Virus record (IMG/VR): IMGVR_UViG_3300028805_000055
Location: 64,001-128,000 of that record
Length of the DNA stretch: 64,000 nucleotides
DNA from: a virus
Taxonomy: Duplodnaviria; Caudoviricetes
Direction: 5' to 3' (one strand)
Of this stretch, positions 1 through 8,436 are shown piece after piece; the stretch's first letter is position 1, and each line of letters begins with the position of its first letter. A program made the translations under genes and the position numbers. Below the pieces are notes generated by a model. It saw only the letters and a program-made list of their open reading frames with translations, ran no database searches and was not told where the DNA came from.

Positions 1-239
1 CAGAGCACTCTTTTATGCCAATCAGAGAGTACGCAACACTGGGTAAAGCTAAACAGGGCTACGTCATGCTGTGCCTCGCTCACCTGCCCCATGAACATTG
101 TAAGAGCCTTAAACTCATTCTCATTAAGTCGCAGGTTAACCACTATCGGCTCACCATAACTACCTCCAATGGCAGTGCCATCGTCAAACTCCCGATGGAA
201 GCAGTTGTTGTCTGTAATTCTAACTCTAAATCTTTTCAT
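1..239 (-). CDS. hypothetical protein (3' end runs off the window)
   Basis: ATG at 239 just downstream of promoter 262-295; frame MKRFRVRITDNN... is open to the window edge. Confidence 0.7.
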   Translation of the reverse strand, partial: MKRFRVRITDNNCFHREFDDGTAIGGSYGEPIVVNLRLNENEFKALTMFMGQVSEAQHDVALFSFTQCCVLSDWHKRVL

Positions 240-261
240 ACTCTTATATATTTGTTTACGT

Positions 262-295
262 GGCAAAATTAGATAAAAAAAATGAGGCTACCAAA
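262..295 (-). promoter_or_regulatory. Bacteroidota sigma promoter fused to a terminator hairpin
   Basis: minus strand TTTGG...TAATTTTGCC; inverted repeat AAAAATGAGGCTA/TAGTCTCATTTTT around the -33 box. Confidence 0.85.
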
Positions 296-326
296 TAATA
301 GTCTCATTTTTAATACTTTTTAACAG

Positions 327-418
327 TGAGCGAGAGGGGAATCGAACCCCCATAGGACTTATTTTTATGCCCATTGGTTTTTAAGACCAACTTGTCTAAC
401 CAGTTGCAACACTCGCTC
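327..418 (-). tRNA. tRNA-Leu(TAA)
   Basis: acceptor GAGCGAG/CTCGCTC, anticodon arm TTGGT-CT TAA AA-ACCAA, long variable arm, T-loop TTCGATT, A73, no encoded CCA. Confidence 0.9.
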
Positions 419-438
419 ATATATGTTTCACGTGAAAC

Positions 439-502
439 AAAAAAGCCAACCTATCTTCTCAGACTGGATGGCTTAGATGAATATGAATACATAATTTAAA
501 AC
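439..502 (-). terminator. intrinsic terminator preceded by a U-rich CAU tract (sRNA candidate)
   Basis: AAGCCATCCAGTCT-GAGA-AGATAGGTTGGCTT followed by a T run. Confidence 0.65.
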
Positions 503-778
503 CTAATTCTCTTCTACGTCGAAATGGAATAAGTAGTGCAAACCATTGCTCGTCTTAGTCCACGTGACAATACCATCCAGTGTGCCGTTACTGAATGTTA
601 AGGATAATCGGTCATGAGTGTCGTCGATACGACTCATCTTAATATCCTGTGGATTCTCTGAGAATACATCGTGCTCAGCGATTCTGTCGCTCAGTATCTT
701 AACAACCTTTTCAGTGTCCTTGTTGAGGAACACGCAGTTGTCGAATCCGTTCTTGATAGCTTTTGCTCTCTGTGCCAT
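503..778 (-). CDS. hypothetical protein
   Basis: 91-aa ORF below promoter 802-835. Confidence 0.75.
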   Translation of the reverse strand: MAQRAKAIKNGFDNCVFLNKDTEKVVKILSDRIAEHDVFSENPQDIKMSRIDDTHDRLSLTFSNGTLDGIVTWTKTSNGLHYLFHFDVEEN

Positions 779-801
779 GTTGTTATAAATATTAATTCTT
801 G

Positions 802-835
802 TGCAAAGATATAAATTTTTTCTGTAAAAAACAAA
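802..835 (-). promoter_or_regulatory. Bacteroidota sigma promoter
   Basis: TTTG...TATCTTTGCA. Confidence 0.8.
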
Positions 836-1073
836 TTTTTAGCGATGTTTTTTTGCTTTCTGCCATCCTTTTAGCTTGCGATGCTTCGGATGGTACTCAA
901 CGCTGCCGAATGGGTCAACCAGAACTGGCATATACATGGCTGGGTCTGGTTTCATATAAAATTGCATTACCATAACTATTCCTCCACCTTTTTGAGTTTT
1001 TCCTTAATCTCTGGGTCGGTCACTATATCGTAGACCAGAATACCCAGAGAAACTATTAGAAATATCCAGAACA

Positions 1074-1550
1074 TTATCCAAGGGGCTTAAAGTAATCAAC
1101 ACTCTCTTCCACGACGTTCACAAAGAAATGCTCGTAGAACTCTTGATACTCTTTACATCTGGTGATATACAACAGGACGTAGGGAATAAGAATATCCAGA
1201 GAGTTTAACAGCAGTTCTGAGATATTAATAATCTCTTTCATACCGCAGTTTTTTTCACCATCAAACGTGAAACGACCATTGGGGAACTTGTTGGGGTTGT
1301 TCACGACGAACGCCACACCATGAGCATCCATCATACCATGAGAGATAAGGTGATTCATGTCAGTGTTGTTGTAGATGTCAAAGATGTAGTCAACGCCACC
1401 ACGCTCATCATCCTGCATCCTGTTGTACGCTGCCAGAACAATACCCATGCTCTTTTTGTAGTTCTCTCGGAACTCTTTCTTTACCTGTTCGGTAATGAAC
1501 TCCTCAATCAGTTTGAGGCTCTTACCTAATGTTTGATTAATCTTCTCCAT
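1074..1550 (-). CDS. hypothetical protein
   Basis: 158-aa ORF with an AT-rich leader. Confidence 0.8.
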   Translation of the reverse strand: MEKINQTLGKSLKLIEEFITEQVKKEFRENYKKSMGIVLAAYNRMQDDERGGVDYIFDIYNNTDMNHLISHGMMDAHGVAFVVNNPNKFPNGRFTFDGEKNCGMKEIINISELLLNSLDILIPYVLLYITRCKEYQEFYEHFFVNVVEESVDYFKPLG

Positions 1551-1724
1551 AACCTTATACTATTAATTGTTTAACGTACTGGTGAATAATACACCTTGCT
1601 CTGTCGCTCAATCAGACTGGTGTAGTCTGGCACTGGCGTTGCCAGAAACCATGATGTAACCAGAGAGGTGTTAGTTCTGTTTTTCTTATCTTTCTTACCC
1701 ATAGTTGTATTATTTTAATTCTGG

Positions 1725-1758
1725 TGCAAAATTAGATAAAAAAAATGAGACTACCAAA
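1725..1758 (-). promoter_or_regulatory. Bacteroidota sigma promoter fused to a terminator hairpin
   Basis: ATGAGGCTAC-ATTTG-GTAGTCTCAT then T8 then TAATTTTGCA. Confidence 0.85.
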
Positions 1759-1782
1759 TGTAGCCTCATCTTTTAACACTTT

Positions 1783-2004
1783 TTAGATAAAATCCTTAAA
1801 CTCAATCTCTAATGGGTCTGGGTCTCCCTCTGGGAAATATTGTGTGTCTGTAATCCAGTCCCACGAATAATCACCCTCAAAGGTGTAATTATCGTCGATA
1901 TACGCCTGTTCGTCACCACCATACTTCTCCTGTAGTTCCCGTTCGTTAATGTCCTCAACCATCAATTCATGGCTAAAATGGTCAATGATAGCTATTCTTC
2001 TCAT
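1783..2004 (-). CDS. hypothetical acidic protein
   Basis: 73-aa ORF, tightly packed. Confidence 0.75.
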   Translation of the reverse strand: MRRIAIIDHFSHELMVEDINERELQEKYGGDEQAYIDDNYTFEGDYSWDWITDTQYFPEGDPDPLEIEFKDFI

Positions 2005-2008
2005 ATTC

Positions 2009-2431
2009 TTATCTATCTAAAAGTTCCCACTTAATTCCTCTACTCTTGGCAGTATAGTGATTATCTGGCTCTGTGCCATCCTCGAAATCACCAGTGTTGT
2101 ACCATTCATCCAGAGAGACCAGATTACCGTCGAGGTCTACGCTCACTTCATACACATGACCATGATGTGTAAACGACGTTGAGAAGATTGTGTCCTTGAA
2201 ACACTCACCCTCTGGCTCACCTGTGTAGCTGTGTCTGTCGATGGTGAACGTCACCTTATCACCGTCGATGGTCTTAAACACTATTATGATGCCATGCTTG
2301 GGCGATACAAGCCCTGTGTAGCGTTCGTTAATGATGGTCTGGGTAGTTGTACTCCTAACCTCATAATTGCCGTAGAAAGGGTTGTTTTTGACCTTTCTGA
2401 TGCACTCAATTTTCAATTCTCCTATTACCAT
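2009..2431 (-). CDS. hypothetical protein
   Basis: 140-aa ORF, tightly packed. Confidence 0.75.
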   Translation of the reverse strand: MVIGELKIECIRKVKNNPFYGNYEVRSTTTQTIINERYTGLVSPKHGIIIVFKTIDGDKVTFTIDRHSYTGEPEGECFKDTIFSTSFTHHGHVYEVSVDLDGNLVSLDEWYNTGDFEDGTEPDNHYTAKSRGIKWELLDR

Positions 2432-2444
2432 AATACCTGTTAGT

Positions 2445-2909
2445 TTAAATTAAGTTCTGAATAATATCCATAGCAGTGCTAATTTCTTCCATAGCAGGCT
2501 CATTACCCTCTGCATAGTTGTAAGCCAGTTGCAGGTTATTGTAGGCTGTTTCCAGATAACTCTTAGCATTTTCGCTAAGTTCACCATTCTGCATTGGAAC
2601 ACGCTGTACGCTAACCTCACCTATTGGCTGAGGAAACTCACCTAAGTGGTCTGTAAGAGTTAACACATCTAAATCGTTCAGTTGTGCCTCTGCAAGAAAC
2701 TCTGCATACTCTGTTCTGCCCTCTTGGTTGGCATCGTCAATCCAGATGTCAATGGTGTCAGCATCGGCTCTTTCAAGGGTATAGTTCCCATCGACAAACT
2801 TGTCTCGCCTAACCATGTTTACAACCATTTCGTGCTGCTCTTGTGACAACTCGAAAGTTTTGATAACGTAACCGCATCCTGCGGTCTGTAAAAGTCCTAA
2901 ATTCTCCAT
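2445..2909 (-). CDS. hypothetical protein
   Basis: start moved to MENLGLL, downstream of promoter 2938-2971. Confidence 0.75.
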   Translation of the reverse strand: MENLGLLQTAGCGYVIKTFELSQEQHEMVVNMVRRDKFVDGNYTLERADADTIDIWIDDANQEGRTEYAEFLAEAQLNDLDVLTLTDHLGEFPQPIGEVSVQRVPMQNGELSENAKSYLETAYNNLQLAYNYAEGNEPAMEEISTAMDIIQNLI

Positions 2910-2937
2910 ATCTCTTATATTTAATGTTGTTTGACGC

Positions 2938-2971
2938 TGCAAAATTAGGTAAAATAATCGAAACTACCAAA
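2938..2971 (-). promoter_or_regulatory. Bacteroidota sigma promoter
   Basis: TTTGG...TAATTTTGCA. Confidence 0.8.
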
Positions 2972-2992
2972 TTTTTTATGTTAAAACTTCTA

Positions 2993-3027
2993 AAAACAAG
3001 GGGAGCACCCCAATCTGGAGTGCTCCC
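2993..3027 (-). terminator. intrinsic terminator
   Basis: GGGAGCACTCCA-GAT-TGGGGTGCTCCC then CTTGTTTTT. Confidence 0.75.
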
Positions 3028-3079
3028 ATCAACCTAACAATCATTATGGAAAACAAACAGCGTTATCACAACGCAACGA

Positions 3080-3153
3080 TGGTGTATCCAGAGGGACTTG
3101 AACCCCCGACCCCCACATCAAATGTGGTGCTCTACCAACTGAGCTATAGACAC
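3080..3153 (-). tRNA. tRNA-Ala-like gene with a 5-nt anticodon loop (74 nt, encoded CCA)
   Basis: GTGTCTA/TGGATAC acceptor with G3:U70, A73-CCA, canonical D and T arms, anticodon arm CCACA-TTTGA-TGTGG. Confidence 0.8.
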
Positions 3154-3159
3154 TTAAAA

Positions 3160-3940
3160 AAATGAGCGGGGTGGGACACCAACACCTTGATGGCAAAGGC
3201 GAGTGCGTTAAGCAGCGCAGTTCGGCATCTGTGTGGGTCTCTCCCACCTCACTCTCTAATGGGGCATGGCAAGCGCATAATATACTCGGCTAAATTGGCT
3301 CGCTCGCCTAACATCGCCCCTCTCTGTTGAAAAATGGGCATCCTATAACTAACATCCGCATTGCTTGGCAGTAGAATTGTGCGCACGTTACCCCTTATGC
3401 GGTATTGTCTCAACTTCGGTATGCCCTAATCTCCCTTGGCAGTGGTTTAATAGCCAATACGGATGCGTCCAAATGCGGCTCTCTTATGGCTCTCTTGTAG
3501 CGGCGGTGGGCGCAATGTGCCTCGGAAATGGCGGCTCTCTGGATATTAGTCGCTCATTGACACTTACGGCTCGCGGGACTATCTCATGTGTCCCAAACTC
3601 ACTTGCCCTTTGGCATTAAAGTTTACTCATGTGGCGGCATTGTAACGTTACACGAACTTTACCCTATCTCCACCTTGTTGGGGTTTTTTATTTTATTAAA
3701 ATCGTCTATCATCTAAGTATCATTCCTTAGTTGGGTCGGTCTCTAATCATACTCTATGATGTGGGGATTTTTCCATGCACCCCTTTACATTTTTAAATTC
3801 ATGCTCGATTATATAATACTCCGAAATTATCTAACTATGTACAAGCCCTTTAGGGCGGGGGTCGTTCATTACTATTCATCACTGCATACTTTTAATATTA
3901 ATACTACTTGGTCTGGGGGACTGGCGTCAGCCCGTGCGTG
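3160..3940 (-). ncRNA. candidate large structured ncRNA (~780 nt)
   Basis: no credible ORF; nested long helices (3164-3176/3242-3254, 3261-3275/3301-3320, 3336-3343/3418-3426); lies between a promoter-driven small ORF and a tRNA-like gene. Confidence 0.6.
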
Positions 3941-3942
3941 AC

Positions 3943-4065
3943 CTAACGCATTGGACGGATTTTGTAGAGCTGTGTCTTAGTACCGTCCCCGTTTTCTCTT
4001 ACTTTGCTTGGCATCGCCACGACTCTGATGTTAGCAATGGAGCGTAGAAATCTCTTTTTACTCAT
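3943..4065 (-). CDS. small basic protein (40 aa, MSKKRFLRSIAN...)
   Basis: ORF directly below promoter 4087-4120; too short for the ORF track. Confidence 0.55.
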   Translation of the reverse strand: MSKKRFLRSIANIRVVAMPSKVRENGDGTKTQLYKIRPMR

Positions 4066-4086
4066 AACTCATATCTGTTTTAGTAG

Positions 4087-4120
4087 TGCAAAGATATAAG
4101 TTTTTTTTGAGAAATCCAAA
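4087..4120 (-). promoter_or_regulatory. Bacteroidota sigma promoter
   Basis: TTTGG...TATCTTTGCA. Confidence 0.8.
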
Positions 4121-4144
4121 TTTCACGTCACATTTTTGTCATCT

Positions 4145-4363
4145 TTAACAATATTCTGCTTGGTAATCCAGAAACTCCTGCGCATCCAATGTATCACGGA
4201 TTTCTTCTTCTAACTGGTCGTCATTGATGTTACCATCTTCATCTTCGAAGCGTGATAGGGATAATCCCTGCAACTCCACGACGAAATTACCGTCAGCATC
4301 ATGTATGTCAATACCGCTCAATGTATCGGTGGCTACATAGCCTGTTTCACTCTTATACTCCAT
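4145..4363 (-). CDS. hypothetical acidic protein
   Basis: 72-aa ORF. Confidence 0.75.
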   Translation of the reverse strand: MEYKSETGYVATDTLSGIDIHDADGNFVVELQGLSLSRFEDEDGNINDDQLEEEIRDTLDAQEFLDYQAEYC

Positions 4364-4385
4364 GATTAAATCTCCTTTTAAAAGT

Positions 4386-4489
4386 GGGCTGTGGGTGGCA
4401 GGACAATCTGCCGCTTGGTGGGTAGGGGGGTAGTATCGGTTAGGGGGTTTCCCGACCCACTTGCTCCGCTGTCCGTCGCACCCAAGCCC
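4386..4489 (-). ncRNA. GC-rich intergenic rod-like hairpin RNA candidate
   Basis: nested pairs GGGCT/AGCCC, TGGGTG/CACCCA, GGACA/TGTCC, GTGGGT/ACCCAC with a C/A-rich apical loop. Confidence 0.5.
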
Positions 4490-4514
4490 TGTTGATTATG
4501 ACTAAGAAAAGAAA

Positions 4515-4871
4515 CTAAAGAGAGTTATCAATGTTCTCGTGAATGAATGCAGCCACGTCGTAGACTTCATCCCAATTGATGTTTTCTAAGGGATATTCGC
4601 TGCAATCTTCAACCTGTAAGGCAATATCACCGTCCTTGTCGAGAAACACGCCCTCAACCATTGAGAATGCGTTACTGGCGTACTCTGGGTGATTACCTCC
4701 ATCGTAGGTGACTGAAACCATGTTGTCAACTTCTGTAAAGTCGATGCTGCCACCATGTGCTTCCAGAACCTTTTTGATGTATGTCTCGCACTTCTGGCGT
4801 ACCTTTCTCTGTGCTGGCAGGATGGTGTCATATAGAGCATCAGCCTGCTTGAAATACGTTGCCCTTTTCAT
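4515..4871 (-). CDS. hypothetical protein
   Basis: 118-aa ORF. Confidence 0.8.
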   Translation of the reverse strand: MKRATYFKQADALYDTILPAQRKVRQKCETYIKKVLEAHGGSIDFTEVDNMVSVTYDGGNHPEYASNAFSMVEGVFLDKDGDIALQVEDCSEYPLENINWDEVYDVAAFIHENIDNSL

Positions 4872-4874
4872 GCC

Positions 4875-5405
4875 TTAATACTTTTTAAATCCAGACTTAG
4901 ACCAGCCGATTTCCTTGTGCAGCCAACCACCACGAGCCTCGTCAAAAAGATAGATGTGCTGGCAGTCGATACGATTGTAAACGTCTTTCTGGGTCTTACC
5001 TTGAATGGGCTTAATGTTATTCCAACGTTCGTACACCCACTTCTGGTCTTCTCTGCCTCTGTTGGCATAGTGGCGAACTATATCATCGTCTATGACGCTG
5101 CAAAAGCCACCTACAACCAGATTTCGTGCAGTCTCGTAATCGTTGAACTTCGCTTTGAGAGAATCACCTACACCACCATTAATGTAACCATCGTTGTGGC
5201 AGTAGATACCGATATATACCTCTTTCAGTTCCACTGGTTCACTGCGCTCTTCTCCCCCTTCATCCCGCCAGACCTTACCATCAAGGTCTTTGTAGAGCCA
5301 ATTGTCTAACTTCACTCCATTTGGCAGTTTGTTGGTATCGAACTTGAACGTTTTACCGATGTCCTCTGGACGAACCTTAATAATTACACAACTTCTTGTA
5401 GCCAT
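4875..5405 (-). CDS. conserved phage early protein (MATRS...IYCHxDGY family)
   Basis: IYCHNDGYINGGVG motif; start corrected to MATRS, downstream of the promoter. Confidence 0.75.
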   Translation of the reverse strand: MATRSCVIIKVRPEDIGKTFKFDTNKLPNGVKLDNWLYKDLDGKVWRDEGGEERSEPVELKEVYIGIYCHNDGYINGGVGDSLKAKFNDYETARNLVVGGFCSVIDDDIVRHYANRGREDQKWVYERWNNIKPIQGKTQKDVYNRIDCQHIYLFDEARGGWLHKEIGWSKSGFKKY

Positions 5406-5493
5406 AATGATTTTGTTGTTAAGTTCCCCAGATGGACTATCCAATCTGGGGGTGAATCGGGGTAGTCTTTTATAACTTGTTTCCCTATCACGC

Positions 5494-5527
5494 TGCAAAA
5501 GTAAGCAAAATATTTGAGATAACCAAA
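5494..5527 (-). promoter_or_regulatory. Bacteroidota sigma promoter
   Basis: TTTGG...TACTTTTGCA. Confidence 0.8.
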
Positions 5528-5578
5528 TAATTTCCAAACTTTTTTTTCATACATATAAAAAATTTCTGGTTTCTTTAC

Positions 5579-5672
5579 AAAAAGAGGGAGGCACAGCATC
5601 CTGTACCTCCCAAATACAACCAATAATTAACCAATAACTAAAACAACAAAAAACCTATGAACAAAACTAAAA
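5579..5672 (-). terminator. intrinsic terminator preceded by a U-rich CAU tract (sRNA candidate)
   Basis: GGGAGGTACAG-GATG-CTGTGCCTCCC then TCTTTTT. Confidence 0.65.
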
Positions 5673-5843
5673 TCACTCCTGTCTTAATATCTGGCTCTCC
5701 CTCTCACCACAGATGGTAAACTCCTTAATGTCTGCTTCCTCTGCCAAGTTACGGGCATTATCCAGAGCCTCGCCCTCATCGTTACCAGTTACATCTACGA
5801 TGATGGAGGCGTTATAATTCAATTGAATAGTATATTTCCTCAT
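5673..5843 (-). CDS. small hypothetical protein (56 aa)
   Basis: MRKYTIQLNYNAS... read by eye; fills the gap between gene and terminator. Confidence 0.65.
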   Translation of the reverse strand: MRKYTIQLNYNASIIVDVTGNDEGEALDNARNLAEEADIKEFTICGERESQILRQE

Positions 5844-5877
5844 GATGTTTAAATGTTTAAGTTTCCATAATAAATGA

Positions 5878-6204
5878 TTATCCTACCTCTTTTGGCTTAA
5901 TCTCAACACCATCCTTATACAGCGTGTTAAACGCAATAAGAATGTGTAGTACGGTAATCTCGTCGGCACACTCAATCCCACCAACAGACTCGATGATGGC
6001 ATCAGCCATTTCCTTGCTATCCTTGATAGCTTTCATCTGTGGGTAGAACATATCAAACCTGTGACCCCTGTAGTTTTCACAAACAGCATGACCGTCGTAG
6101 ATGTCAAACTCAATGGGCTTCTTAAAACCCTCAATGTTTAGTTTCTCCGTGCAAATCTTTTTGCCGTAGAACTTTTCCCAAATTTTGCTTTCGTTCTGTT
6201 CCAT
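5878..6204 (-). CDS. hypothetical protein
   Basis: 108-aa ORF below a promoter. Confidence 0.75.
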   Translation of the reverse strand: MEQNESKIWEKFYGKKICTEKLNIEGFKKPIEFDIYDGHAVCENYRGHRFDMFYPQMKAIKDSKEMADAIIESVGGIECADEITVLHILIAFNTLYKDGVEIKPKEVG

Positions 6205-6230
6205 TATATTTTAATGTTTCAATTAACTGG

Positions 6231-6264
6231 TGCAAAGATATAAAAAAAAAATTAGAATCACAAG
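6231..6264 (-). promoter_or_regulatory. Bacteroidota sigma promoter fused to a terminator hairpin
   Basis: CTTG...TATCTTTGCA; inverted repeat ATTAGAATCAC/GTGACTCTAAT. Confidence 0.8.
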
Positions 6265-6302
6265 TTTTCGTGACTCTAATTTCTTAAAAAAGCTTAATAT
6301 GG

Positions 6303-6689
6303 TTATGGAAGAACTTTCTTGATAACGTCTACCGTCCTGTGACCCAGTATAACAAAAACCCTGTCACCATGTTTTAAGAATCTAACGTGATGCCTCTCCT
6401 TGAACTCCCTGCCTGTGGTTAAGTCTACTACCGTCTCTTCCAAATTACACTCACTGAAATCATTCTTGGTGTATCTCAGACTATAGGCATGGATGCCGCA
6501 ACCACTTCCAGCGCAATCTATATAGAGGCTGTCACCTGTAAACGTGTAGAAAGCCTCAGAATCGTCTGTTATATACTTCCCTTGCAGTTGTGAAGGCTTA
6601 ACCTTTTCAACGTCCTGTGACAGCCCGTAGGAGGCTATAGAGAGCGTCAACAGCAGGACTACCATTGCGAATACACTAAAACGTCTCAT
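6303..6689 (-). CDS. exported or membrane-anchored protein
   Basis: N-terminal signal-peptide-like stretch MRRFSVFAMVVLLLTLSIASYG. Confidence 0.7.
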   Translation of the reverse strand: MRRFSVFAMVVLLLTLSIASYGLSQDVEKVKPSQLQGKYITDDSEAFYTFTGDSLYIDCAGSGCGIHAYSLRYTKNDFSECNLEETVVDLTTGREFKERHHVRFLKHGDRVFVILGHRTVDVIKKVLP

Positions 6690-6695
6690 ACTCTA

Positions 6696-6863
6696 TTACT
6701 TTGAATCTGCCACCTCGAAATGGTCTACCTCACAATCCAGAACTTCTACCACTTCATCCTCTGGGGTCGGGGTGAAATCCAGATGGTCAATAATATCTTC
6801 TGCACTTGTAACGTCTGTGTCAACTATAATTTTTAAGTTGACGTTTAAATAAATCTTACTCAT
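6696..6863 (-). CDS. small acidic protein (55 aa)
   Basis: MSKIYLNVNLKII... read by eye; fills the gap. Confidence 0.65.
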   Translation of the reverse strand: MSKIYLNVNLKIIVDTDVTSAEDIIDHLDFTPTPEDEVVEVLDCEVDHFEVADSK

Positions 6864-6885
6864 AATCTTATAAATTTATATGTTA

Positions 6886-7311
6886 TTACTTTAAATCTTC
6901 GTCATTGTCGCCCTTGTAGCCACAGGTAAGATACTCCCAGACTGCTTCGTACACACTGCTGAGTCCTGCACATGGTATCAGTCGCTCGAAATCGTTGGCA
7001 TCAACGTCTGTGTAGAGGTCGCCAATATCATCATTCTCATTGGGGCACTGCTCCAGATATTCATCGCTGTCGATATTCCAATTAATATCAAACTTAATCT
7101 TACCGTCCTCCAGAATCACTTTCAGAACTTCTGCCTCCATGTAGTCAACGTCCCAATCGAAATCTGGTACGCCGATAATAAAGGCATGAGGGGCTTGGCT
7201 ACCTGCAAGGTCAACCACTGCCTTTTTGTGATTAACCATGAGGGCTAAAATCTCTGCAACAATCTGCTTGTGCAGGTTCTTTGTCTCACCGTAGAAATTT
7301 TTCTTTTCCAT
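6886..7311 (-). CDS. hypothetical acidic protein
   Basis: 141-aa ORF below a promoter. Confidence 0.8.
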   Translation of the reverse strand: MEKKNFYGETKNLHKQIVAEILALMVNHKKAVVDLAGSQAPHAFIIGVPDFDWDVDYMEAEVLKVILEDGKIKFDINWNIDSDEYLEQCPNENDDIGDLYTDVDANDFERLIPCAGLSSVYEAVWEYLTCGYKGDNDEDLK

Positions 7312-7341
7312 AACTCTTATTATTTAATTGTTGTTTGATGG

Positions 7342-7375
7342 TGCAAAATTAGACAAAATATCTGAGATAACCAAA
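7342..7375 (-). promoter_or_regulatory. Bacteroidota sigma promoter
   Basis: TTTGG...TAATTTTGCA. Confidence 0.8.
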
Positions 7376-7403
7376 TTTTCAGTGTTAAAGAGTGTAAACT
7401 GGG

Positions 7404-8258
7404 TCAAAATACCCAGTCTACAAACTCATTGTTCACCTTAACCACAAATGGTGTATCTGGCACTCTAAACTTGCGCTTACCGTCCTTTTCGTCAATGTAG
7501 TAGTCATTGGCAGTCTTGTGATAGTGCAAACCCACAATATGCTTTGCAGGGTCGAGATAACGCATATCATAGGTGTTACCGTCACAGATAGGGTAGCCAT
7601 GAAAACTCTTAGGCAACTTGTCGCTAAAGAACACTACAGCCACCTTACCGCCAGCGTTCAAGAACTTCTCGCAATCATCCCAATTATAGCCATTGTAGCT
7701 AAGAGTAAGGTCATAGTTGCTATACTGCTGCATCAGCTTAATGCGAGAGGGCACTTTGGTATAGTCATAGAATTGAACATTGGGAAACAACTCTAAGAGA
7801 TTAAGTCCTGTCTCTGGGTCTTTAAAAAGCACTGGTGACAGGTCGCTTGTTCCGTTGAGACGTACAGAAAACTCCATGCCGAGACGGTTGGCTCTGTTCT
7901 GATAACGTCTAAGTTCGTGAATCAGCAGGGACATGAACAATGCCCTATCATCATAGAATAACTTGGTTTTCTTGATGCGTGAACGGTTAACAAACGAATC
8001 CAACACATCACCTCCCTTATCCACTTGTTCAAGTTGAGAAGCCTTATTGTGACCAGAACCATTAAGACAGAATGCCTTGCAATACTGGCTGTTAGGGCAA
8101 ACATTGTGCCCAGACATATCCGCAGGGGCGAGATAAAGGCAGTACGTCATAGTACCGTTCTTATAAGATAACTTCATCTTAGCACTCTGGGCTACACTAC
8201 CTAAGTAGGAGATACCCAAGTTTCTCAGTTCCTTACCATAAGAAAATTTCTGTTCCAT
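7404..8258 (-). CDS. GP88-like phage protein (Cys-motif, radical-SAM-like)
   Basis: LAPA...VCPNSQYCKAFCLNGSG, VRLNGTSDL, FYDYTK, D-x-R-YLDP motifs. Confidence 0.75.
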   Translation of the reverse strand: MEQKFSYGKELRNLGISYLGSVAQSAKMKLSYKNGTMTYCLYLAPADMSGHNVCPNSQYCKAFCLNGSGHNKASQLEQVDKGGDVLDSFVNRSRIKKTKLFYDDRALFMSLLIHELRRYQNRANRLGMEFSVRLNGTSDLSPVLFKDPETGLNLLELFPNVQFYDYTKVPSRIKLMQQYSNYDLTLSYNGYNWDDCEKFLNAGGKVAVVFFSDKLPKSFHGYPICDGNTYDMRYLDPAKHIVGLHYHKTANDYYIDEKDGKRKFRVPDTPFVVKVNNEFVDWVF

Positions 8259-8294
8259 AATCTAAATGTTTAAGTTGTTATTAATGTTTGACGG

Positions 8295-8328
8295 TGCAAA
8301 ATTAGACAAAAAAATCGAAACTACCAAA
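8295..8328 (-). promoter_or_regulatory. Bacteroidota sigma promoter (identical to 10117-10150)
   Basis: plus-strand tgcaaaattagacaaaaaaatcgaaactaccaaa. Confidence 0.85.
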
Positions 8329-8436
8329 TTTTTTTGGAAAAATCTTATTGTCCTATATAAACTTTTCTGGTTTCTTTACAAAAGATAATAAAAACAGGGT
8401 GAAGCCAAATTGATATCACCCTGTATCTTTATGAAA

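Noticed and set aside
3080-3153. tRNA-Gln(TTG)
   Set aside because: Centring TTG in a 7-nt loop needs a 4-bp stem and A at position 32; the acceptor identity elements point to Ala
3365-3941. Short ORFs 3044..3247, 3365..3619 and 3756..3941 as genes
   Set aside because: Non-ATG or poor starts, overlap with the tRNA-like gene and RNA helices, composition unlike neighbouring genes
4425-4450. CCCTAACC in the hairpin loop as a telomerase-like or RT template
   Set aside because: Only 8 nt, with no RT gene and no matching tandem repeats in the window
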